DNA of 64,000 nucleotides from Candidatus Latescibacterota bacterium (GTDB lineage: Bacteria; Latescibacterota; UBA2968; GCA-2709665): assembly GCA_965248435.1 (NCBI GenBank), contig OZ252100.1, positions 1,920,001 to 1,984,000 on the forward strand, read 5' to 3'. A program made the position numbers and the translations under genes. Positions 1 through 10,775 of the stretch are shown one piece after another (positions within the stretch are counted from its first letter, which is position 1; every line of letters starts with the position of its first letter). The notes below the pieces were generated by a model. That model saw nothing but the letters and a program-made list of their open reading frames with translations. It made no database searches and had not been told where the DNA came from.

Positions 1-110
1 ACTGAGCGAAGGAGAAACGGGCTCCGTATTTCGATGCCCTCGATGACACTGCCCTGGACCTTTCGCTTCAAAGCCTCGAGATATGCAGTGATATCAGGCA
101 ATTCCGGCAT
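1..110 (-). CDS. Fpg/Nei family DNA glycosylase, N-terminal part (runs off window start)
   Basis: Reverse strand from ATG at 110 reads [36 protein letters not shown]. The PELP N-terminus is diagnostic of Fpg/Nei. GGAG lies upstream. Not in the ORF track. Confidence 0.85.
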   Translation of the reverse strand, partial: MPELPDITAYLEALKRKVQGSVIEGIEIRSPFLLRS

Positions 111-357
111 GGGCCCCTTCTCCGACCGCAGACCACGGACCACTCAAAAAGACCACCCGATTCATCTGGCCGTCCGCCGTAAAGATATGGCAAATTCTGC
201 CGTCATTCGAAATCAAAACGAGGTGGTCAGAACCCTTTTCGCGGTCCGACGAGGGCACGCCCGAAACAGGTGTCCTGGATCGGGCGCTACTTCGACCCTT
301 CCATCAGGTCGCTTGTTACTAAGTTATTGATTTATCTATGACATGGATAGAAAGTTG

Positions 358-386
358 TTGACAAAAAGATTCTTGTGCCTTAAAAT
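358..386 (+). promoter_or_regulatory. sigma70-type promoter for the SPOR-mltD-mreD-mrdA-rodA operon
   Basis: TTGACA(358-363)-N17-TAAAAT(381-386) in an AT-rich intergenic stretch. Confidence 0.75.
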
Positions 387-462
387 ATACGCCCTGTCCA
401 TTTCTTCTTTAATATACAGACGCTTACGGAGATTTACACCGTTGTCCCAGCTCGGTCGCGGA

Positions 463-1212
463 ATGAGGTCGCGAGGCGTTTGGGCGCTCTTGCTGGTTTG
501 GCTTTTCTCTTTTCCGGCTGGGTGTTCGGGTACACGCCGGGAAGTCATCTCACCGCTGACTTCCGCAAGGGAAGAATTCGACCCCATAACGCTCGATGAT
601 GATGACTTCCTGCTGCAGCCGACAACACCGTCCGGCAAGGCTCCTTTGCCAGGACGAACGCCCCCTCTCTCTCTGTCCAGGGAGATGGCATCGGGATACC
701 GAGTTCAGATTGCGGCAGTCCTTGACGGCGTGAGGGCCGAGGGAGTCCGAAAGGAAGCCGAACGAAAGTTCAAAACTTCGGCCTACACCAATTATGACGA
801 AGACACGCTACTCTACAAGATCCACCTGGGAGATTGCCGGAATGCCCCCGACGCCAAAAAGATCCGTGAGCAGGCCAAGAACGGAGGATTTCCGGAGGCG
901 TTCATCGTTCGAGCACAGATCGAAGTGGCCGCGCGTTCACCTGTCGTGCGACGACCCGAAACGGCCCTGGGTTTTCGCGTGCAGATCTTTTCTGCCAAAA
1001 GCCAGCTTGCCGCGGAAGGGGTTCAAACCGAAGCCAGAGAACAGTTGGGAAGAGACGACGTATACCTTGTACTCGAGGCTCCATATTTCAAAGTTCGGGT
1101 CGGAAATCTCCGTACGCGTAAAGAAGCCGAAGCACTCGTAAAGAAAGTCAAAGAAAAAGGATACGACGCGGCCTTTTCTGCAAGGACGCAGATCTTGGTT
1201 TCCCCGGAATAA
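463..1212 (+). CDS. Lipoprotein with two SPOR (peptidoglycan-binding) domains
   Basis: Lipobox-like FPAGC. Two repeats GYRVQIAA...YKIHLG and GFRVQIFS...YFKVRVGN...A...GY..AF. Start set at 463, downstream of the promoter. Confidence 0.85.
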   Translation: MRSRGVWALLLVWLFSFPAGCSGTRREVISPLTSAREEFDPITLDDDDFLLQPTTPSGKAPLPGRTPPLSLSREMASGYRVQIAAVLDGVRAEGVRKEAERKFKTSAYTNYDEDTLLYKIHLGDCRNAPDAKKIREQAKNGGFPEAFIVRAQIEVAARSPVVRRPETALGFRVQIFSAKSQLAAEGVQTEAREQLGRDDVYLVLEAPYFKVRVGNLRTRKEAEALVKKVKEKGYDAAFSARTQILVSPE

Positions 1213-1299
1213 CCGTCTCCCAGGAAAGTAAATCTCCTCTCCCACGCGGAGAAGCTTTCTATGGAGACGTGTTCTCCCCTGAACGACCGGGTGAAGATT

Positions 1300-3192
1300 A
1301 TGAGAACTCCCCCATTCCGTATTGTCTGTCTGCTTTGGGTCATGAGCCTCGCCGGCTGTGCGACGTTCGGTTCCAAAGCACCTCGACCGAAAACCGCGGT
1401 GCCGGCGTCTGCCAAATCCGCGACCGATGCTCCGGCCGATAGTGCTTCCGAAGGCCCCGATGCACCTTTCCATCCTCTGGGACAGATCGATCATCTCCTC
1501 AGGCAGTCATTCACCAGTCTACAGGAAGGCCGACGGCTCGATGCGAGGGCCTCGCTCGATAGCGCCGCTACCCTCCTGACCGAAGTCGTTTCCGACGCGG
1601 AAGAAGCCGAGACTTCATCGCATCGCCTGGGGGGCGTGCTGCGCGTCGCACTGGAACTCTACCACGACCTGATCCCCCAGACCCTGCCCGTAGAGCCGGA
1701 TTCGCCCCTCGCCCATCTTCTGCTCGCCCTGCCATCATCGCTTTCCTCACAACTCGACCAACATCCCTTCTTCGAAGAGTTCATCATTCGGAGGCTAGCA
1801 GGCACCTCCGACGTCCCGATCGACTATGTACCTGAGGTTGTCGAAAGCATCCACTACTTCAGGACCATCGGGCGAAAGGTCTTTGCACGCTGGCTGTCTC
1901 GCTCCAGCGCTTACCTTCCCATGATCCGACAGATCTTCTGGGAAGAGGGCCTCCCCCTGGATCTCGCCTACAAGGCGATGGTCGAAAGCGGCTTCAATCC
2001 TCGGGCTTATTCCAGGGCCAGGGCGGCAGGCGTCTGGCAGTTTGTTCCCCGCACAGCGGTCCTCTATGGCCTTCGTCGCAACACCTGGGTAGACGAGCGC
2101 CGCGACCCGGAGAAGTCCACGCGTGCGGCAGCGCGCCATCTGCAAAACCTTCGCGGCCTTTTCGGAGACTGGCGGCTGGTGGTCGCAGCGTACAATTGCG
2201 GACAGGGACGGCTGCAGCGAATCCTCGAAAAATCTGGAACCCGTGATTTCTGGAAATTGAAAGGGCTGCCAAAAGAGACAGAAATGCACGTGCCTCGCTT
2301 CATGGCGGCCATGATCATCTCCCAGGACCCGGAATGGTTCGGCTTTGTGGACATAGACTACGAGACTCCAGTAACATACGATGTGGTCCCCGTATCCGAA
2401 TGTGTAGACCTGAAAGTCGCCTCGGAGTGTGCGCTGACGACCCACAAAGAAATGAGCCGCTTGAACCCCGAACTTCGGTGGGGCTACACGCCTCCACTCG
2501 GTCGCAGGGGCACCTATTCGCTGAGGGTCCCCAAAGGTGCGACCGAAACCTTTATGCAAAACTATGCGAAGGTCCCCTCGAGCCAAAAGGTACAGATGGT
2601 AGATTACCTCGTTCGCCACGGGGACACGGCTTCCGGGATTGCAACGCGCTTGAGGGTCAGCACAAGGGCCCTCCTTGAAGCGAACAGGATCCGCAACCCC
2701 CGACGGCTCCGGGCCGGCAGTAGGCTCAAGATCCCCATCCGACCTGAGCGCTACTCGCGCGCTCAAGAAATCGCGAATACAGGTAGCGAGGTGGGGGACC
2801 CTCCGAGTCAGGCCAGTCACTTCAATGTCACATACGAGATTCAGGAAGGGGACACACTCTGGGAAATCGCTCGCGATCGTGGCGTTACAATGGAACAGCT
2901 TCAAGCCTGGAACGGGCTTGTGCGCACTCACACGATTCATCCTGGAAAGAAACTGACCATTTGGCGCCCCCGATACGCCTTTGCGATGGCGAACCGCCAT
3001 TCGAAGGACGAAGGTGAACATCTCTATACAGTGAGGCGCGGAGACACGCTCTGGGAGATTGCCCGAGCGTTCGGGACGAGTGTCAAAGACCTCAAGAAGT
3101 GGAATGAGATCCGGGATCCATCCAGGCTCCGGGCAGGAGCAAGTATTAGAAGTATACGGGCAGCGGGAACCGAAAATCGACTGAGCAAATGA
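1300..3192 (+). CDS. mltD: Membrane-bound lytic murein transglycosylase D-like (SLT plus three LysM)
   Basis: LAGC lipobox. SLT motifs MVESGFNP, AAGVWQF, DERRDPEKST and AAYNCG. Three LysM repeats. The last codons may be frameshifted (see findings). Confidence 0.9.
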   Translation: MRTPPFRIVCLLWVMSLAGCATFGSKAPRPKTAVPASAKSATDAPADSASEGPDAPFHPLGQIDHLLRQSFTSLQEGRRLDARASLDSAATLLTEVVSDAEEAETSSHRLGGVLRVALELYHDLIPQTLPVEPDSPLAHLLLALPSSLSSQLDQHPFFEEFIIRRLAGTSDVPIDYVPEVVESIHYFRTIGRKVFARWLSRSSAYLPMIRQIFWEEGLPLDLAYKAMVESGFNPRAYSRARAAGVWQFVPRTAVLYGLRRNTWVDERRDPEKSTRAAARHLQNLRGLFGDWRLVVAAYNCGQGRLQRILEKSGTRDFWKLKGLPKETEMHVPRFMAAMIISQDPEWFGFVDIDYETPVTYDVVPVSECVDLKVASECALTTHKEMSRLNPELRWGYTPPLGRRGTYSLRVPKGATETFMQNYAKVPSSQKVQMVDYLVRHGDTASGIATRLRVSTRALLEANRIRNPRRLRAGSRLKIPIRPERYSRAQEIANTGSEVGDPPSQASHFNVTYEIQEGDTLWEIARDRGVTMEQLQAWNGLVRTHTIHPGKKLTIWRPRYAFAMANRHSKDEGEHLYTVRRGDTLWEIARAFGTSVKDLKKWNEIRDPSRLRAGASIRSIRAAGTENRLSK

Positions 3193-3695
3193 GAATCATC
3201 CGAAATGCTCTCTTGATCTTGCTGGCGCTGTTGCTGCAAACGACCTGGGTGGATAAGATTGCCGTCGCCGGCATCAAACCCGATATCGTCCTCCTGGTTC
3301 TCGTCTACATAGGGATCACCGAGGGTCAAATCGAAGGGACGATCTTCGGCTTTGCCTCGGGATTCCTGCTCGACGTCTATGACCCCGGGGCGATGGGCAT
3401 CAATTCGCTATGCAACAGCCTCGTCGGTTTTCTCGTTGGATATAGCCATATTGGCGTCGTGGCAGAAGATTTCCGGGTGCAGACGCTGTTGTTCTTTGTT
3501 GCTACACTTTTTCACGATCTGATCTACTTTGCACTCTACACATTTCCCAAGACGCAGGGGTTTATCCATCTCTTTCTTGTTTCGGGAATCGGCACCGCCT
3601 TCTACACGGCCATAGCAGGCCTCTGCCTTTCCTTGTTGCTCTCGATTCGGTTCGAGGAAGGAATCTACTTAGATGCTCGAAGGCTTTATGGCTAA
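3189..3695 (+). CDS. mreD: Rod shape-determining protein MreD
   Basis: Hydrophobic 168 aa with IKPDIVLLVLVY and GFASGFLLD, immediately before PBP2 and rodA. Confidence 0.9.
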   Translation: MRIIRNALLILLALLLQTTWVDKIAVAGIKPDIVLLVLVYIGITEGQIEGTIFGFASGFLLDVYDPGAMGINSLCNSLVGFLVGYSHIGVVAEDFRVQTLLFFVATLFHDLIYFALYTFPKTQGFIHLFLVSGIGTAFYTAIAGLCLSLLLSIRFEEGIYLDARRLYG

Positions 3696-5589
3696 CGGCG
3701 CGCGCGAGTCCCGCTCGCGCTGCCTCCTCGGAGCATTACTGATCCTCTTCGGAGTCCTCTGTATAAGGCTCTACTTGCTGCAGATTGCAGACTGGGAGCA
3801 CTATCGTATCCAGTCTGAGAAGAACACTATGCGGCCGGTCCCCATAGAGGCCAGCCGTGGGATGGTAAGGGACCGTAACGGAATCATCCTTGTTGACAAT
3901 CGCCCATCATACACGATTTCCATCATCCCTCCTCGACTTCTGCGAAACACCGAACCTTCCATCCGTGACCGAGTCGTTTCTCGGCTCGGCGAAGCGATCG
4001 ACCTGCCCGAGTCCCTCATCCGAAAGAGGCTCTATTCCAAGAAGCGGCATTTCTACGAGCCCGTAAAACTGAAACGAGATGTCGGCTTTGTAACGGTCTC
4101 GCTCATTGAAGAGGACCTCTACGATCTTCCCGGCGTGGCCATTCAAGTCGAATCCAGAAGGGGTTACCCTTCGTTCAACGGCCGGTTCCCCCTGGCCCCT
4201 CACATCCTCGGTTACGTGGGTTTGATCGATCCTGACGAATATCGGCAGGTGGCGCCGCTCGGCTACAGCTATGACGATCAGATGGGAAAACGAGGAGTAG
4301 AACGTCTCTGTGAAGCCATGCTGAGGGGTCAGGATGGCATAAAGTACATAGAAGTCAATGCCTGGGGTCGCGAGGTGGGGAGCTTTCCGGACAAGACGGG
4401 CGCCCCGGTTCCCGGAAAGGACATTACGCTCACGATAGACTGGCGCCTCCAGCTGGCTGCCGAACAGGCGTTGCACGACAGCCTCGGCGGAAGCATCGTG
4501 GCGATGGACCCCCGAAACGGCCAACTCCTTGCGCTCGTCAGCAAACCTGGATTCCACCCCCGTTCGATTCGAGACCCTGAGGAATGGGCAGCGCTCCAGT
4601 CCGACCCCAACAAACCCCTTCTCAACCGGAGTCTCCAGGGCGAGTATCCACCTGGTTCGATCCTCAAGATGGTCCCCGCCATCGCCGCCCTGGAGATGGG
4701 GCTGCTTCATCCGGACGAGCCCAAGTACGCCCCGTGTGAAGGCGAACTGACCTATGGAGACCGCGTCATCAGGTGTCATCAGGCCTCAGGTCACGGAAAG
4801 CTTACACTGCGGCAGGCGCTCGTGCAGTCGTGTGATACCTTCTTTTATCACCTGGGGCTGGAGGTGGGTATCACCAACTGGAGCCGGTATGCCAGGGCGT
4901 TCGGATTCGGGCGGCCGACCGGGTTGGACATTGCTGCGGGCGGAGATGGAGAGGCCGCGGGCCTCGTCCCGACAGATCGAAAATACTACGAAAAACGATT
5001 TGGCCAATGGGTCGAAGGATTCATGCTGAACCTTGCGATCGGACAAGGAGAAATGCTGGCAACTCCCGTTCAGCTCGCAAGATACGCGGGCGCGCTGGCC
5101 GTAGGCACGCTTCAACGCCCGCACACTCTCATGGCGGAGACAGGAAAGCATCCCCCCGAACCTGTTCAGGTTTCGGAAAATACACTGAAGCAGATCAGAA
5201 GTATGCTCTACGATGTGGTGCATCACCACATGGGTACAGGCAGGCTGGCCCGCGTCGAGCATTCGGACGTGGCTGGAAAGACCGGTACGGCGCAAAACTC
5301 GCACGGAGAGGATCATGCCTGGTTTTTGGCCTTGGCCCCCGTCGACGATCCGCAGATCGTGATTGTCGTTCTGGTGGAGAATGGGGGGCAGGGAGGTGAA
5401 GTGGCGGCACCCATCACACGGAAGATTCTGGAACTCTATTTTCGATCAGTCGCCCCGGACCTGGATTCCGAGATTACCGTCGCACAGAGATGGGATGATG
5501 ACGCGCAGGATGGGATCCAACAGGCCGGGGCGCCGAGTCTCTCAGTAAACACCGCGCAACCCGCCGAACAAAAACCCATTTCGAGATAG
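3688..5589 (+). CDS. mrdA: Penicillin-binding protein 2
   Basis: N-terminal TM, RGMVRDRNG, PGSILK (SxxK), SCD (SxN-like) and KTGTAQ. Confidence 0.95.
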   Translation: MANGARESRSRCLLGALLILFGVLCIRLYLLQIADWEHYRIQSEKNTMRPVPIEASRGMVRDRNGIILVDNRPSYTISIIPPRLLRNTEPSIRDRVVSRLGEAIDLPESLIRKRLYSKKRHFYEPVKLKRDVGFVTVSLIEEDLYDLPGVAIQVESRRGYPSFNGRFPLAPHILGYVGLIDPDEYRQVAPLGYSYDDQMGKRGVERLCEAMLRGQDGIKYIEVNAWGREVGSFPDKTGAPVPGKDITLTIDWRLQLAAEQALHDSLGGSIVAMDPRNGQLLALVSKPGFHPRSIRDPEEWAALQSDPNKPLLNRSLQGEYPPGSILKMVPAIAALEMGLLHPDEPKYAPCEGELTYGDRVIRCHQASGHGKLTLRQALVQSCDTFFYHLGLEVGITNWSRYARAFGFGRPTGLDIAAGGDGEAAGLVPTDRKYYEKRFGQWVEGFMLNLAIGQGEMLATPVQLARYAGALAVGTLQRPHTLMAETGKHPPEPVQVSENTLKQIRSMLYDVVHHHMGTGRLARVEHSDVAGKTGTAQNSHGEDHAWFLALAPVDDPQIVIVVLVENGGQGGEVAAPITRKILELYFRSVAPDLDSEITVAQRWDDDAQDGIQQAGAPSLSVNTAQPAEQKPISR

Positions 5590-5596
5590 TCCTGAC

Positions 5597-6817
5597 ATGA
5601 ATCTACCCCGCTACATCCAACGCGATCTCGATCTCCTCCTCCTGCTACCCGTGCTGACAGCGGTCACCCTTGGAATCGTGACGATCTACAGCGCGACTTA
5701 CGACTGGGACCTCGGAACCGCAGGAAGGGTCTACCAGAAGCAGATCGCCTGGGCGATGATTGCCCTCTTCGCCCTCGTTCTTACGGTAACCATCCCACTC
5801 AAGTTCTATTACGCATTCGCTTACATCATTTACGGCATCGCGATCCTCCTCCTGGTCCTCGTCCTGGAATTCGGCGACCGTCGATGGTTCGATCTCGGTC
5901 CCGTCTATGTCCAACCATCGGAGCTGGCAAAGATCGCAACGGTTCTTGCGCTTGCGCGATACCTGTCTCGGCGCAACCTGAATCTGACGCGAGTGCGTTC
6001 TTTTCTCGCGCCGCTCGGGCTCGTCCTCCTGCCGGCGATCCTCGTCTACAAACAGCCCGATCTCGGTACCTCGTTGGTCTTCTGCGCGATCCTTTTGCCG
6101 ATGTTCTACTGGGCGGGATTGTCTCCGGTAAACCTTTTCTTCATCATCTCCCCGGCCCTCAGCCTGATCTGCGCCTTTCATTCTCTTGCGCTCGGAATCC
6201 TGATCATTCTTATCGCTTTGATCTTATTTCTTGTACGCCCGCACCTCTGGGCCACAGTCACTCTGCTCGTCGTCAATCTCACCGTGGCTGTAGGCGCACC
6301 CTATATCTGGGACAACAAGCTGCACGATTACCAGCAGCGGCGCATCCTTACGTTCCTGAACCCCGGCATGGATAAACTCGGTGCCGGTTATCAGGTGATC
6401 CAGTCTCGCGTTGCCATCGGGTCCGGCGGCCTCAGCGGGAAGGGATTCCTTCAGGGAACCCAGACCAAACTTGCCTTCTTGCCCGAACAGCATACTGACT
6501 TCATCTTCTCCGTCGTCGGCGAGGAATTCGGGTTTATCGGTGCGATATCGCTTCTGGCCCTCTTCTTTTTCGTCATCTGGAGGGCCATAAAGATCGCAAC
6601 GCTCACGAAAAGCCGTTTCTCGAGCCTCGTTTCAGTCGGCCTGGCTTCGATCCTCGTCTTCCACGTCTTCGTAAACATCGGGATGACAATCGGGGTAATG
6701 CCGGTAACCGGGTTGCCTCTACCCTTCCTGAGTTACGGAGGGTCTCCACTGGTTACGAACATGACCTTGGTTGGGTTTCTTCTGAACATCTACGCCCGCC
6801 GTCACGAGTACTACTAA
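5597..6817 (+). CDS. rodA: Rod shape-determining protein RodA (SEDS glycosyltransferase)
   Basis: QPSELAK, QPDLGT, GYQVIQS, LPEQHTDFIF and PVTGLPLPFLSYGGS. Confidence 0.95.
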   Translation: MNLPRYIQRDLDLLLLLPVLTAVTLGIVTIYSATYDWDLGTAGRVYQKQIAWAMIALFALVLTVTIPLKFYYAFAYIIYGIAILLLVLVLEFGDRRWFDLGPVYVQPSELAKIATVLALARYLSRRNLNLTRVRSFLAPLGLVLLPAILVYKQPDLGTSLVFCAILLPMFYWAGLSPVNLFFIISPALSLICAFHSLALGILIILIALILFLVRPHLWATVTLLVVNLTVAVGAPYIWDNKLHDYQQRRILTFLNPGMDKLGAGYQVIQSRVAIGSGGLSGKGFLQGTQTKLAFLPEQHTDFIFSVVGEEFGFIGAISLLALFFFVIWRAIKIATLTKSRFSSLVSVGLASILVFHVFVNIGMTIGVMPVTGLPLPFLSYGGSPLVTNMTLVGFLLNIYARRHEYY

Positions 6818-6879
6818 AGAAGCCCGACTGCGATGCAGTCAGGCCCCTGCGAAAAACGCTCTTCTTTCCTTCCAGCCCC

Positions 6880-9800
6880 TCAGGCCGCCTCCACTCTCCT
6901 GGTTTTTCTACTCTTTCCGTTTTCAGCCGAAACCCAGACCTGCCCCCCGGTCAACTCCACGATCTCAGAAATCAAGCGCTCAGAAGGCACGACAGACATC
7001 TGACGCGGCCGGATGATCGTCCTTCGATCTTTTCTCAGATTCAGGTGTAGATAGAAGGAACCCGACCCTTGATGCTGCCTCAGAAGGTGCTTCAACGCCT
7101 CGAGGCGCTCTTCTGAGAGGTCTTCCCGGCCAACCATCAAGTTGACCGAACCGGAAAACGTTTCCCGGGCATGTTCAATCGACATCGCGTCTTCCAGCTG
7201 GATGGAAGTTCTTCCATTGCGGATGGAAATCCTCCCGTCACACACAACGACTTCATCCGTAACAAGCTTGTCTGCGAGCCGCGAGTAGACATCCGGAAAG
7301 ACCACGACGTCGATCGAGTCTTCCAGATCTTCTACGGTGACAAAAGCCATGGGCCTTCCGTTCCGGTCGATATGGGACTTCACTTCTACTATTATGCCAC
7401 CCAGCCTGACTTTCGCCCCATCGGAAAGCCCTTCCAACTCCTTTAAGGGTTTGGTGCCGAGGTAGAGTAGATCCTTCTCGTAGCGCTCCATCGGATGCCC
7501 GGAAAGGTAAAACCCGATCATCTCCTTTTCCCGCGCCAGCTGTTCTTTTACGCTCCACTCTGCTACTTCCGGTAAGATCTGATTGTTCACGATCTCGGCC
7601 TGGGCCTGCATCCCCTCCGTCTCGAAAAGTGTGATTTGACGCCGGTGCCGGTCGACCTGGGCGGCCAGGGCCACCTCCAGTGCACGATCAAGTCCCGCCA
7701 GCAGACGCGCCCGGTTACCCTCCAGGGTCTCGAAGGCACCCGCACAGATCAAGCCTTCAATCGCGCGGCGGTTCACACTGCGCATGTCGATCCGCTCACA
7801 AAAATCAAAGAGGGACTCAAAGGGCTCGCCCTCCTCTCGCGCCGCAACGATGCTGTCTACAGCACTCCTTCCGACGTTGCGCAAGGCGGCCATGCCCATC
7901 CGAAGCCCTGAACCCGAGGCCACAAAGTTGGCATAACTCTCGTTCACGTCCGGCGGCAGCACCTCCATCCCCATCCGACGACACGCCTCGATCACGGTCA
8001 CGATTCTATCGATGTTTCCGATTTCCCCATTCAGACTCGCCGCCATGTATTCCTTCGGGTAATGGGCCTTTAGGTACGCGTTTTGATAGGCCACGACGGC
8101 GTAGGCTGCTGCGTGTGATTTATTGAACGCATATCCGGAAAAGACATCGATATCAGCGAAGATCTTCTCAGCCATCTTCCTGTCGTGCCCATTGGACAGA
8201 CACCCCTGAATAAAGCCATCCCGATGTTCCTTCATCTCCTCAGGCTTCTTCTTTGCCATGGCGACGCGGATGACGTCGGCCCGAGCTAGTGTAAACCCGG
8301 CAAGGGCCTGCAGGATCTCCATAACTTGCTCTTGGTAGACCATGACTCCGTAGGTTTCTGAAAGGAGTGGTTCCAGACTTGGATGGTCGTAAGCGACTTC
8401 CTCCTTGCCTTGTTTCCGCGCGATGAACTTTGGAATGTATTCCATGGGTCCGGGACGATACAGAGCGTTCATCGCCATCAGGTCTTCGATCGTGTCGGGC
8501 TTGAGCTGTTTGAGGTACTCCCTCATTCCCGGGCTTTCGAACTGGAATACGCCTACCGTGTCGCCGCGGCTGAACAGGTCAAACGTCTCCCGATCGTCCT
8601 CGGGGATTTTTCTAAGATCGAAGCCCGGAGTATGTTTGCAGATTTGTTCGACCGCTTCGTCAGCCAGACTCAGCTCCTTCAGCCCCAGAAAATCCATTTT
8701 TAACAACCCAAGATCCGAACAGGTGGGTCCGTCATATTGGGAGGTCACCTTGCCATCCTTCGGTGCCCGATAGAGAGGGACATAGTCCGTGAGCTCGCTC
8801 GGCGCGACGATCACAGCCGCCGCGTGAACCGATGCGTGCCGGGCCAGGCCCTCGAGGTTGCGAGCGTGCCTCAGGAGATTCCCCTTCTCATCCGGGGATT
8901 CGGCCATTTCCTTCAGCTCGGGAACCTGGTCGATGGCCTTGTCAAGCGTGATCTTCAATTCGTTCGGGACGAGCTTCGCGATGCGGTCCACCTCCGGAAA
9001 AGGCATGTCCAGCACGCGGCCGACGTCTCGGATGGCGGCCTTGGCCCCCATCGTCCCGAAAGTAATGACCTGGCAGACGTTCTTCTCACCGTACTTCTGG
9101 CTAACATACCTGATTACCCGGTCCCGATCTTTATCTGAGAAGTCGATGTCGAAGTCAGGTCGATCGATCCGCTCCGGATGCAGCATGCGTTCGAACAGAA
9201 GGTTGTATCTAATCGGGTCGACGTCGGTAATCTCTAAAACGTAAGCAACTAAACTGCCCGCACCAGAGCCACGACCCGGCCCCACCGAAATACCACTCTC
9301 TTTTGCAAAACGAACGTAATCCCAGACAATGAGAAAGTAGTCTGAATAACCCATGTTCTTGATGACATCTAATTCATAGTCGATCCGCTTCTTAAGTCTA
9401 TCATCGATCCGTTCATATCGCCTTTCGAGCCCTTCCCAGGCGAGAACGCTGAGGTATTCACCCGGATCCGAACGCCCCTCGGGCAACGGAAATACGGGCA
9501 TGTGGGCCTTCCCGAACTCAAGCTCCAGATCGCATTTTTCTGCTATCTCGAGAGTGGTCTCCAGGGCGTTCGGCAGATCCTCGAAAAGCGTTTGCATTTC
9601 ATTCGCGGACTTGAAGTAGATCTCCTTCGGGTAGCACATGAGATCCGGATCATTTAGCGTCTTCCCGGTTTGAATGGCCACGAGAATGGCGTGCGAGTCA
9701 TGTCCATCGGCCTTCAGGAAGTGTGAATCGTTCGTGGCGACCAGAGGGACGGACATCTCCTTGTGAAGTTGCTGGAGGCCTGCGTTGACTTTCTCCTCTC

Positions 9801-10347
9801 GATCGATCCCGTGCCGCTGGATCTCCAGATAGTAGTCCGTTCCGAAGCATTCCTGATACCACTCCACGGCCTTCCGGGCGACCTTGATCCCTTCCCGCTC
9901 GATCAAATGCGGGATCTCGCCGCTCAGGCAGGCCGAGAGACAGATCAGCCCATCGGCATGCTCCTTCAACAAGCTCTTGTCCAGCCTAGGCGAATAATAA
10001 AACCCTTCTAAATAGCCCGAGGAGACCAGTCTGACGAGGTTCTTGAAGCCGGTCGCGTTCTTGGCAAGCAGCACGAGGTGGTTCGCGCCGCTCTGGATGC
10101 CGCGGGCCGCCTGCCGGGAAAATCGGCCCTCGATCGCGCAGTAGACCTCGCAGCCGATAATCGGCTTCACGCCGACCCGCCGCATTTGATTGTAGAACTC
10201 TATCGCCCCGAAAAGATTGCCGTGATCCGTGATCGCGACAGCCGGCATACCCTCCTCTGCGGCCAGATCGGCGATGTCGTGGATTCGACAACCGCCGTCA
10301 AGCAGGCTATACATCGTATGGCTGTGGAGATGGACGAACTCTGCCAT
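6880..10347 (-). CDS. dnaE: DNA polymerase III alpha subunit
   Basis: FVHLHSHTMYSLLDG (PHP), GRGSGAGS, PDFDIDF, LLKMDFLGL, YAFNKSHAAAY and a C-terminal OB fold. Confidence 0.98.
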   Translation of the reverse strand: MAEFVHLHSHTMYSLLDGGCRIHDIADLAAEEGMPAVAITDHGNLFGAIEFYNQMRRVGVKPIIGCEVYCAIEGRFSRQAARGIQSGANHLVLLAKNATGFKNLVRLVSSGYLEGFYYSPRLDKSLLKEHADGLICLSACLSGEIPHLIEREGIKVARKAVEWYQECFGTDYYLEIQRHGIDREEKVNAGLQQLHKEMSVPLVATNDSHFLKADGHDSHAILVAIQTGKTLNDPDLMCYPKEIYFKSANEMQTLFEDLPNALETTLEIAEKCDLELEFGKAHMPVFPLPEGRSDPGEYLSVLAWEGLERRYERIDDRLKKRIDYELDVIKNMGYSDYFLIVWDYVRFAKESGISVGPGRGSGAGSLVAYVLEITDVDPIRYNLLFERMLHPERIDRPDFDIDFSDKDRDRVIRYVSQKYGEKNVCQVITFGTMGAKAAIRDVGRVLDMPFPEVDRIAKLVPNELKITLDKAIDQVPELKEMAESPDEKGNLLRHARNLEGLARHASVHAAAVIVAPSELTDYVPLYRAPKDGKVTSQYDGPTCSDLGLLKMDFLGLKELSLADEAVEQICKHTPGFDLRKIPEDDRETFDLFSRGDTVGVFQFESPGMREYLKQLKPDTIEDLMAMNALYRPGPMEYIPKFIARKQGKEEVAYDHPSLEPLLSETYGVMVYQEQVMEILQALAGFTLARADVIRVAMAKKKPEEMKEHRDGFIQGCLSNGHDRKMAEKIFADIDVFSGYAFNKSHAAAYAVVAYQNAYLKAHYPKEYMAASLNGEIGNIDRIVTVIEACRRMGMEVLPPDVNESYANFVASGSGLRMGMAALRNVGRSAVDSIVAAREEGEPFESLFDFCERIDMRSVNRRAIEGLICAGAFETLEGNRARLLAGLDRALEVALAAQVDRHRRQITLFETEGMQAQAEIVNNQILPEVAEWSVKEQLAREKEMIGFYLSGHPMERYEKDLLYLGTKPLKELEGLSDGAKVRLGGIIVEVKSHIDRNGRPMAFVTVEDLEDSIDVVVFPDVYSRLADKLVTDEVVVCDGRISIRNGRTSIQLEDAMSIEHARETFSGSVNLMVGREDLSEERLEALKHLLRQHQGSGSFYLHLNLRKDRRTIIRPRQMSVVPSERLISEIVELTGGQVWVSAENGKSRKTRRVEAA

Positions 10348-10775
10348 CAGAAAGACCCTCTTGGTGGATCAGGCGGTCCATTGAGCCCGAAGGCGAATCG
10401 GGCGGAAGGTTACAATTCAGGAGAGATCTGGGGAATTTGATAAGGAGGGAGAGCGGCGAAGCCCAAGATGAAGGCACAACCGGAGATTTTCTAATTTAAT
10501 CTGTTGTGTTCCCCGAAGTCAAGCGACAGATTGGCAGCGAAAGATAAGGCTCGAAATAACCAACGGTTCGGAAAATATTTTTTCATCGGTTGCTGCCACA
10601 ACTGCTGGAGCGTTCATTGACGGAGGTACCCAATATCCTGCGACAGACCTCAAACCCAGTGCGGAGAGCTGTCCAATGGCGAGAAAAACTTTCCGTTTTC
10701 TTCGCGCTTGCCCCCCCAGCCCCTCTATGCCACTCAAGCCTCACAAAAACAAGCTTCTACATCCAATCGGAAAGG

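Noticed and set aside
1795-3021. 408-aa minus-strand ORF
   Set aside because: Antisense shadow of mltD with no motifs, as expected in GC-rich DNA.
6822-6846. Terminator between rodA and dnaE
   Set aside because: Only a short GACTGC/GCAGTC stem without an adjacent clear U-tract, too weak to call.
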